DNA of 64,000 nucleotides from Laetmonice hystrix (Eukaryota): NCBI GenBank assembly GCA_965235115.1, contig OZ249436.1, positions 54,314,001 to 54,378,000 of the forward strand, read 5' to 3'. Shown piece by piece: positions 54,866 to 64,000 of this stretch (position 1 is its first letter; each line of letters starts with the position of its first letter). The notes under the pieces were generated by a model. It saw only the letters and a program-made list of their open reading frames with translations, ran no database searches and was not told where the DNA came from. The position numbers and the translations under genes were made by a program.

Positions 54866-55032
54866 TTAATGCGTCATTTCTCATTCAATCTGACACACCC
54901 GAATCCGCCACTGAAACGAGATTCAGCTTCAAACTGGCCAGAAGAAAATGGCTACCTGATCCATTCATTTCGAAATAAATATCCGTCTCCGAGAAGTTTC
55001 CGTTAGTAAAGTCGGCGTACTCTTCCATGAAG

Positions 55033-55162
55033 GAGGTCTGCTGCGGTGGAGAGGACTCGTGCCGCACAGTGGTGTCGGGAATTGACCGAGGTTTGCCACT
55101 CATTGCGCCGCTGCTGTGGGTCGAACCACTGCTACTACAAGGACGGATGGGGCCTGTTCTCG
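55033..55162 (+). CDS. Cys-rich prepropeptide, exon 3: RSAAVERTR-AAQWCRELTEVCHSLRRCCGSNHCYYKDGWGLFS
   Basis: Acceptor tcttccatgaag (an in-frame NAGNAG alternative lies 3 nt downstream) and donor TCG|GTGAGT. The exon is 130 nt, phase 2 to phase 0, with C-x6-C-x5-CC-x4-C spacing. Confidence 0.85.
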
Positions 55163-55174
55163 GTGAGTTATCAT

Positions 55175-55840
55175 ACTTGTCACTCACTGTTACCACAAGG
55201 ATGGCTTGTGCTTGTTCTCTGTAAGTTATTCCAGTGATGTGTCACTCACTATTACCACAAGGATGGTTTGTGCTTGTTCTCTCTAAGTTATTACAGTGAT
55301 GTGTCACTCACTGTTACCACAAGGATGGCTTGTGCTTGTTCTCTGTAAGTTATTCCAGTGATGTGTCACTCACTGTTACCACAAGGATGGCTTGTGCTTG
55401 TTCTCTGTAAGTTATTCCAGTGATGTGTCACTCACTGTTACCACAAGGATGGCTTGTGCTTGTTCTCTGTAAGTTATTCCAGTGATGTGTCACTCACTGT
55501 TACCACAAGGATGGCTTGTGCTTGTTCTCTGTAAGTTATTCCAGTGATGTGTCACTCACTGTTACCACAAGGATGGTTTGTGCTTGTTCTCTGTAAGTTA
55601 TTACAGTAATGTGTCACTCATACTTTGGGACGGCCCCCTGCTACCACAAGGATGGTTTGTGCTTGTTCCCGGTAAGTTATTACAGTAATGTGTCACTCAT
55701 ACTTTGGGACGGCCCCCTGCTACCACAAGGATGGTTTGTGCTTGTTCTCTGTAAGTTATTACAGTAATGTGTCACTCATACTTTGGGACGGCCCCCTGCT
55801 ACCACAAGGATGGTTTGTGCTTGTTCTCTGTAAGTTATTA
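55175..55840 (+). repeat. 62-bp then ~79-bp minisatellite, 10 units, derived from the exon 3/intron junction
   Basis: Unit CACTGTTACCACAAGGATGGCTTGTGCTTGTTCTCTGTAAGTTATTCCAGTGATGTGTCACT. Confidence 0.95.
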
Positions 55841-56144
55841 TCATAACCTTTTACTCACTGACATGGAACACCCCCCTGCCACTATAGAGGACACCTGATC
55901 ATTATTTTGATCATCTATCCTCACTACCGAAAGTAACCAAATGACCAACTTAATTTAATAATTATTGGAAGATGCAACAGGGTTACCTTTCTAAGATTGG
56001 AACCCACGTTTATAAATTACATTTAGCAACAACTCATTTTTCTGCTCGTTTGTAGCAACAGATAAAGACGTGATAAAGTGTCAGAAATTCCCTATTAATT
56101 AACACATTCGTGAAAATGGCCCGTTGTGTTGCTGGTGCCTCCAG

Positions 56145-56354
56145 AGCGGCGTGTGTGTGGAGTGTATCGGGAAGGAACTGTCCTGCCAGAAGGACAGCCA
56201 ATGCTGCCACGATCTACAATGTAACAAGGAGGAGACCCTCAACATCAACGGGTCGTGTGAACCTTACCGGCGCTCGGGCAAGTGTTACCGGGACGGCCAA
56301 TGTGTCACCGCCTGTGTCAAGGAGTGGCCTCAACCGCTGGGGAGGTGCACGTGA
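56145..56354 (+). CDS. Cys-rich prepropeptide, exon 4: SGVCVECIGKELSCQKDSQCCHDLQC...CYRDGQCVTACVKEWPQPLGRCT*
   Basis: Acceptor ggtgcctccag (phase 0), 11 Cys, TGA ending at 56354. Candidate polyA signals are ATTAAA at 56958 and AATAAA at 57291. Confidence 0.88.
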   Translation, partial: SGVCVECIGKELSCQKDSQCCHDLQCNKEETLNINGSCEPYRRSGKCYRDGQCVTACVKEWPQPLGRCT

Positions 56355-57611
56355 ACTCAACCAACAGTCGCTGCTAATATATATGTGCCAGAGAAGATGT
56401 TTTCCAGCGGTCAAGTGAGTCACTCGCCCTCATGCCATACATGTGCTGGCAACGGTTTTTGGCATCGCTAATAATTCCAGGATGTGTTTTCTATCGGGTG
56501 GGACAAAACATACTTAAAAAAGTCCATTAGAAGTCCATTAGAACGGTCATCAATTTGACCGGTGTTTCGGGGGAAAATTGAGTTCCTATCTTCTGCAACA
56601 CTGAATATTTAACCCTTCTATTCACTTCTTTGGCTCGATCAATCTGTGTATGACAGCGGCTTGGGAAACTACATTCCGTCTTATAGTAGGAATGGTATTA
56701 ACATGCTTAGGCCTACATAATATTATAGGCTCAAAGGATACAAATATATCCCTGTATAGGTGGAAGTGGATATAATAGTGACCACAAATGTATAGGGACG
56801 GCTTCAGAAAAGGGGTTGGGGATTCAAAATGGAGAGCGACAGATAGAGAGAGAATGAGAGAACAGGTGCTGACAACATTTGGTTGTTACATCCGGTGACG
56901 TCATGAATTATTCAGCTATAATTAATATGTATGTCTTATGGCACAAGTTACAATTTCATTAAAGGCGTGATGCCTCTCTCCAAATTAAGATGTTACTTTT
57001 AGATATTCGTGATTTGCTTTATGGCCTTCAAAAGCTCTTTTCAATATCTGATTCTAAATAGTTATTGAGATTAGAAAATACGTTTATATCGGTCATTATC
57101 AGCCACTTGTTGCATTGTTATAGACTTTATATCACGATTTATTTGTAAAGGTTAATCCCTCAGGTATCTGTTACGTAAGCTTTAGAGTGGCTCTTTAGTG
57201 TTTCACGTACGTGCGAGGTGTTTTCTGTGCCAATGACGACCGATTCTTAGTCCATTGGTGGGTTTCTTTGATAACCGCATTGCTGGCACTAATAAAGTAT
57301 TGATGCCCTGCCTCGCTCTGTTTGTATCCTCGACGTGTTTGGTTGACAAGGAGACAAACTGCCCGTCCTCATACTCGGAGTTGTTGTCGTCGGGGACGGT
57401 TGAGTTCTGAGCTCAGAGCAGCGAATTTTAACTGATCAGGTGCTGGATGGTGGGAAAGACACCCAGGGTGACAATTCGCTCAGACCAATGACGGCTCGGT
57501 ACACCTCTATAACCTGGCACAGAGACTATGAACGCAGTGCCGCCTTTGTTTCAAACTCATAACGCTTGGTGACGAGAAACAGCAGCAGCTTCCGGCTGTG
57601 GTCATCCACTG

Positions 57612-58586
57612 ATGAGCAGCAATGAATCCGAAACTAACGCGCCCGACGACGCTAAGTTAGCGGTCCGGGGTCGGGGGCGACGACCCCTTCACATCACTGG
57701 TGTCACCCCGAGAGGGACGATCAGGGCAACCCCTGTCGCAGGATCCAGTTTTGAAGCGGACGATGGCACAGCGTCCACGGCACAGATGACTCTTAGCAAC
57801 GCCAACTTTCGGATGGCTGCAACACCTAACAACGTTAATAATGGATGGCAAAGGAAAGCTGTCAATGGAACCTCTTCCACTACTACGGACGCCACACCCA
57901 CGGCGAAAGGTTTTCAGCCCTTCAGAAGGAGCCAGGACTTGCGTCGGACGCAAGGTCGTCTGCCGTTCGGAAACGCCGCTTTGAAAGAAAAGGCAGACGA
58001 CAAAGGGACTGCGAAGGAAACGAAAAATAGAACCGCATCGGAAGTGGATTCCAAGAAAGACGCAATCGCCGAGAAAAAACTCACGGCTACGTTACTCGTG
58101 TCCGTCTTAAACCAGACCCCAAAGCCCAAGCGCAGACCCATCGAGGCTGAGTCGAGTGAAGCCGATATTGCCACTGTGAGGACAATGATTAGACCAAAAA
58201 CTGCCCGAGGTCGGAACGTGAACCGGCCGAAGATGGGCCAGGACTCGACTCCGTCTCACCGTCACCATAACCAGCAGCAGACCGGAGGTTCGTATCCCGC
58301 AACTTTGCAAAACAGACAAACTGCAAAAAAACTGCACACGTCCTCCAACTACCAAACCGAGACGGTTGTACAACTGAAGCCCAAGTTGAACCCCAACTTG
58401 AAAAAACCTCCTACAGGGCAGGTATTCCGGAACGTCAATTCGACGGAGAAATTTGCTTTTCCCGTTTTACAATATGCGGCTTCAGAGTCACTCCGTGCCC
58501 CCCGGGAGACGCAGAAAAAGTCGCAAAGTAATTCACGTGTAAACAACGATTTTAAATGGAAGGGGAAAAGAAATGAAAAGTCTTGA
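57612..58586 (+). CDS. Uncharacterised 324-aa K/R/S/T/N/P-rich, probably disordered ORF (possible large exon)
   Basis: 975-bp non-repetitive open frame with an in-frame upstream stop at 57570 and no recognisable domain. A donor-like CGG|GTATGT follows just after the stop. Confidence 0.4.
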   Translation: MSSNESETNAPDDAKLAVRGRGRRPLHITGVTPRGTIRATPVAGSSFEADDGTASTAQMTLSNANFRMAATPNNVNNGWQRKAVNGTSSTTTDATPTAKGFQPFRRSQDLRRTQGRLPFGNAALKEKADDKGTAKETKNRTASEVDSKKDAIAEKKLTATLLVSVLNQTPKPKRRPIEAESSEADIATVRTMIRPKTARGRNVNRPKMGQDSTPSHRHHNQQQTGGSYPATLQNRQTAKKLHTSSNYQTETVVQLKPKLNPNLKKPPTGQVFRNVNSTEKFAFPVLQYAASESLRAPRETQKKSQSNSRVNNDFKWKGKRNEKS

Positions 58587-60136
58587 TGCGGGTATGTTTG
58601 GTTTAGTAGAGGATCAAAGCCGTTTCCTTCAAATTTCGAGAACGTGTCAATAGTTGATAGTTCGCACAGAGTTATTATAGTCTTACAAGCGTGACGTCAC
58701 GACCGAAACGGCCTTAGCTCGAAGTTCTCTCCCAGAAAACGGTAACAATCGCCACGGGTCGGCCGTGTTTGATTTAGCCTGACGCTATTCGTAAGACAAG
58801 GAACTTGTCCGCAGAAACAAAGAGAAGAATCGAATGGTCACTTGTCTCGCCGTTTCTCAATCTGCCGCTAGACGACGTGCTATTGCTAATATGTTTCTTG
58901 TTAGATGGCGTTCATGACGTTGCTGTGACACAAGACTCCACATTTTCCCGCCAGGTGGCGTGTGTGTCGATTTTCCGACTTCTCTGCAGCTGGGACTAAT
59001 TCCACACGGGTTGTTCGGGTGGATGAGGTGTCCTGAATCTGAGGGATTGCGCAATTAGGCCTGAATCTGAGGGATTGCGCAATTAGGCACAGTTTAAATT
59101 AACTGTATGCTATACGTGACCGCGGATCTGATCTGGTTCCTTGCGCTGGTTCAACTTTAAGTTTAAATGTTTAGTCCTTGGACTAATCCAACTTATATGT
59201 CTTTTAGAAACTTTACGAGCAATGAATATTAAATCTATATTGCAAAATCTTGCATGACTTCCCATCCATTTCTGATATAGGAATGTACAATGGATGTCAA
59301 AGAACTGCTGGCTTATTGGCTGAGGAATGAGAAGAGGAAGAAGAAGGAGGGAAAACGACACCCTCCAAAATCAACACACACACAAAACACAAAGATATTA
59401 TTAATTGTTACCCATTGTACATATTAAACAGAATTGAAATGGCATAAATCGTTTTGCTTTCTACACATGTCCCCCTTTGATAATGCCATGGTGTCGCCGC
59501 AATTGCAGTTTCAATATTTTGATGTCTGAGGACGATAATGAGTGTTTTCAATTATGGTTTGAGAAGGTTTGCTGTTCATATCCATGATCGGGTCATAAAT
59601 TTGGTGTCCGTCTTAATATACGGCAACCTTTAATTGAGGAAAGCCGACGCGGCATTCTGCCGTCCACGAGCCAGCCAACGTTGGTCAACCGACGGAGAGG
59701 CCTACAATGCCATTGTGTCGACCACAAGGTCAGTCGATCCACGCGGAGGTGTGGACCTACACCCAGCGTATAGTGGATACAAGATCTGTCCCTGGCCATC
59801 ATAATAACCACAAGGGTGTGCCTACAAAATTAGAGTTGCTGCTATTATTTCCAGCAGGCCGGTAGGGCGATCACAATACCATGTACATATGGATGGCTCA
59901 CTTTTCACGGTATTGCAGGATATCATTCGGTCCCCGCACTGTAAACACTCCGAAACGATCATTGATAGGGCTCTCCAGCTACAGAGGGGTGGAGGGTGGT
60001 ACCCCATGCCCCCTTGTCGACCCCCTTGGAAGCCGTGCTCATTGGTAAAGTGGACATCGTTGATTATCCCATCCCCTATCCAGGGGATGGGATCTAGAAA
60101 TTGTATGGTTTCGGTTTCCGTATTATTATTATTCGC

Positions 60137-60168
<32 letters not shown>
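60137..60168 (+). repeat. (TAG)n microsatellite
   Basis: About 10 GTA/TAG units, part of the HINE-like element. Confidence 0.95.
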
Positions 60169-60639
60169 TGTTAACAATTGTTAACAGGGGTCATAACTCG
60201 GTCATTTTTCAAGATATCTAAGTCAAACTTGGTGGGCATGTTGCCAGTCACCAACTCTGATGTGACAATGAGTCATGACGTCACATGACGTAACGTCATG
60301 ACGTCATGACGTCATTCGTGTTGTGACTATTAGGACGGTTTTCAAAGTCAATATGGATACTATCCAAAAACTGATGACACTGTCAGAATTGGGCAAGGTC
60401 AGTCCTGATAATTTTTTTGCAAATATTTTGACCTTTGACCTTTGACCTGTCTGAAATCAGGGTCAAAGGTCATAAAATGCTTAAATCCCTCTTTCTTCCT
60501 TAATTTTCATTAAAATTTTATGAAATTGCACAGGAATGGTGTCTAATTAGAGTTCCAAAGGAATCCGCCTTTCTACAATTGTTTGACCTACATTCGCTGA
60601 GTCACGTGACCTCAAAATTTTGAACAGTGGTCAATTTGG

Positions 60640-63200
60640 CTATCTATGGCTACAACTCATAAACGGTGCCGGTAAGGGCCATGGTTACTATTGAACACGA
60701 ATAGGAAGTCATGCATGCTCTTTCATTTGACGCCAAGTTTGATGACGTAGTGTGACGTATGACGTCATAATGACATCATCAATGTTTTCTAAGGCCTATA
60801 ACTCCTAAACGATGGGAGATAAAGCCATGGTTACTATTGAACATGCATAGGAAGTCATATGCACTTTCAAATGACACCATCATTTATTAGGTAGCGTGAC
60901 ATATGACGTCATAATGACGTCATTGGTGTCTTCCATGGCCTATAACTCGAGAACAGTGCAAGATAGAACCATAGTTACTATTGAAGACGAATAGGAAATC
61001 ATGCATGCTTTTTCTATTGAGGCCAAGTTTGATGACGTAGGATGACGTATGACGTAATGACGTCATCAATATTTTCTAAGGCCTGTAACTCCTAAACGGT
61101 GGGAGATAAAGCCATGGTTACTATTGAACATGAATAGGAAGTCATACATGGTCTTTCAATTGACACCAACATTTATTAGGTAGCGTGACGTATGACGTCA
61201 TAATGACGTCATCAATATTTTCTAGGGCCTTTAACTCCTAAACGGTGGCAGATAAACCCATGGTTACTATTGGACATGAGTAGGAAGTCATACATGCTCT
61301 TTCAATTGACACCTACATTTATTAGGTAGCGTGACGTATGGCGTAATAATGACGTCAGGAGTCATATCTCGGTCGTTTTTCAAGATATCTAAGTCAAACT
61401 TGGTGGACATGTTGGTAGTCACCAACTCTGTTTTGACAATGAGTCATGACGTCACATGACGTAACGTCATGACGTACAATGACGTCATCAATATTTTGTA
61501 GGGCCTATAAATCCTAAACGGTCGGAGATAAAGCCATGGTTACTATTGAACATAAATAGGAAGTCATACATGCTCTTTCAATTGACACCAACATTTATTA
61601 GGTAGCGTGACGTATGACGTCATAATGACGTCATTGGTATCTTCTATGGACTATAAGTTGAAAACAGTGCAAGATAGGACCATAGTTCCTATTGAACACG
61701 AATAGGAAGTCATACATGATCTTTCAATTGAGGCCAAGTTTGATGACGTAGCGTGATGTATTACGTCATAATGACGTCATCTATATTTTCTAAGGCCTAT
61801 AACTCCTAAACGGTGGGAGATAAACCCATGGTTACTATTGGACATGAGTAGGAAGTCATACATGCTCTTTCAATTGACACCTACATTTATTAGGTAGCGT
61901 GACGTATGACGTAATAATGACGTCAGGAGTCATATCTCGGTCGTTTTTCAAGATATCTAAGTCAAACTTGGGGGACATGTTGATAGTCACCAGCTCTGTT
62001 TTGACAATGAGTCATGACGTCACATGACGTAACGTCATGACGTACAATGACGTCATCAATATTTTGTAGGGCCTATAATTCCTAAACGGTTGGAGATAAA
62101 GCCATGGTTACTATTGAACATAAATAGGAAGTCATACATGCTCTTTCAATTGACGCCAACATTTATTAGGTAGCGTGACGTATGATGTCTTATAAAATGG
62201 CTGGCCGTGCACTATCCGGTCCCGCAACGTCACAAACGAAAACACATGTTCCGGCCAGCGTACATAAATGTAGCGGCCCGGGCCATGCATATGTAATTAC
62301 GTTTCACCATAGTAACGTGATCTATCCTACCGATAGATCACGGAATCGAACGTAAACTTGACAATCGATAATGCTATTGTGTCGCTCCATGACTAAACAA
62401 AGCGAAAACAGCGTCATCAGTGACGTCACAATTGTGACGTTTAATTGTGACAATTGTGACGTTTTGGCATTAACTAAAAAGGAAGGGTCTTGCAGTGGGG
62501 AATTAGGTCATTCATGCCTCACGTTTCGGAAGTAGATGACGATGGTATGGTAGGCGTAAACGGTAAAAATTATTGTTATTAGTCTAAATTCTTGTTTGTT
62601 AATGTGAGGCCATTTCATAACAGGAATAGTGAACGGTTTAGGATGCGTTAGCGGTGAGATAGGGCACTCGGCCTCGGAGGCCCCCGGCTGGCTGCGCCAG
62701 CCTGGGCCTCCTCGGCCGTCGTGCCCTATCTCACCGCTAACGCATCCTAAACCGTTCACTATTCCTATAATAATGACGTCATTACTATCTTCTATGGCCT
62801 ATAAGTCGAAAACAGTGCAAGATAGGACCATAGTTACTATTGAACACGAATAGGAAGTCCTACATGCTCTTTCAATTGAGGCCAAGTTTAATGACGTAGC
62901 GTGACGTATGACGTCATAATGACGTCATCAGTATTTTCTAGGGCCTATAACTCTTAAACGGTGGGAGATAAAGCCACAGTTACTATTGAGCACGAATAGG
63001 AAGTCATGCATGCTCTTTCAACTGAGGCCAAGTTTAATGACGTAGCATGACGTATGACGTCATAGTGGCGTTATCTATATTTTCTAAGGCCTATAACTCC
63101 TAAACGGTGGGAGATAAAGCCATGGTTACTACTGAACATGAATAGGAAATCATACATGCTCTTTCAATTGACACCAACATTTATAAACGTCATAATGACC
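60640..63200. repeat. ~144-bp satellite with ~568-bp higher-order structure, rich in TGACGTCA
   Basis: The motif GCCATGGTTACTATTGAAC..ATAGGAAGTCAT recurs every ~143-145 bp. A second monomer type recurs at ~60187, 61358 and 61926. Confidence 0.9.
62190..62769. mobile_element. 580-bp non-autonomous element nested in the satellite, ending in a ~145-bp hairpin
   Basis: Interrupts a satellite monomer. Inverted repeats TTATAAAATGGC (62190) and GCCATTTCATAA (62609). Perfect 46-bp hairpin arms at 62622-62667 and 62721-62766. Confidence 0.8.
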
Positions 63201-64000
63201 TTACTAAGTCATACTCATAGGGACATGCCCCCCAAGGGATGGGATCCATCGTGGTTTTCACCACGACAGGTCTAGTTATAAACACTCTCTCAGGCCAGTG
63301 TGTGGTCGACGTATTTGGATGGATAACGTACGCTCTGTAATTATTCGGGTGTTGGGGGGGAGGGGTAGATAAGGGGGTATGGAATCAGCAGGCAGCAAAG
63401 TGCATGCTGAGAGGTCACAAGTTACGGGGAGAAGGGGTATGACGTCAGAAGTTAATGTCGCTAGAATTTAAAAATTACAACGAAATTCATTGGCGTTAAA
63501 AACGAATCGGAAATTAAGACGTCATGCAGTAATTTCTGACGGCTGAAGTCAAGTGACGTCGGGTATAATTAGGCACGGTTTTTTTTTAAAGGATTAATAC
63601 TCGAGATCTCCTGTTATAGGCCTACATGTTCACTAGGATAACTGCAGTCACTACAAGGTAAACATAAACCACATATTATACACTGACCAAAGTTATAGCA
63701 GCATGCCCTCATTTGAAGTGTTTGGTGCACCCACTCCTGTCGGTTACACATGCCACCAGAGTCCGTGTTTTTAACAAATATAAAGTGGATAGTGTGGTCA
63801 GACAGCAGAATGATGTTTGTGTTTGTGGCATCATTCCAAACGTACGAGCGGGAACAAACGGAGAACGGAAAGAATCTCCCTCTTCCTGTCCAGATTATTG
63901 TGTTGCCACTGATGCTGCCAAACGTTTTACGTACATATCGAGAAACTGACTGATGTTAGAAAGTTTGACAGATGTGGTCAGCGACGACAACCCGCTGTGA

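Larger units (their letters stand above)
60064..63277 (+). mobile_element. Non-autonomous Helentron/HINE (DINE-1-like) element with an internal satellite array
   Basis: 5' subterminal repeat ATCCCATCCCCT (60066) with an immediate inverted copy (60082-60093). Then a (TAG)n microsatellite and ~144-bp tandem core repeats. The 3' end has GGGATGGGAT (63236-63245), a short hairpin TCGTGG..CCACGA (63249-63266) and a CTAGTT terminus. Confidence 0.8.

Overview
Eukaryotic, repeat-rich genomic DNA, most likely from a marine invertebrate. A lophotrochozoan (mollusc, annelid or nemertean) origin is inferred from repeat style and not proven. Host genes: (1) the 5' part of a minus-strand Na+/Ca2+ exchanger (SLC8/NCX) gene, with coding exons at 21485-20789 and 3078-3014, continuing off the left edge; (2) a complete 4-exon plus-strand gene (51950-56354) that the ORF track misses, encoding a 157-aa signal/pro/mature precursor with two tandem inhibitor-cystine-knot modules and a third 4-Cys module; (3) an unassigned 324-aa low-complexity ORF. 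Mobile DNA: an intact, young I-group (Nimb-like) LINE with RNase H and 15-bp TSDs (44451-50086), whose 5' end folds into a compact pseudoknotted RNA; a 3.2-kb Helentron/HINE-like element carrying a ~144-bp satellite with a nested hairpin element; Kolobok-, hAT- and Harbinger-type MITEs; decayed retroelement relics; and several minisatellites, one of which amplifies the peptide gene's exon-3 splice donor about 10 times. All calls were made by eye; no database searches or folding programs were run.
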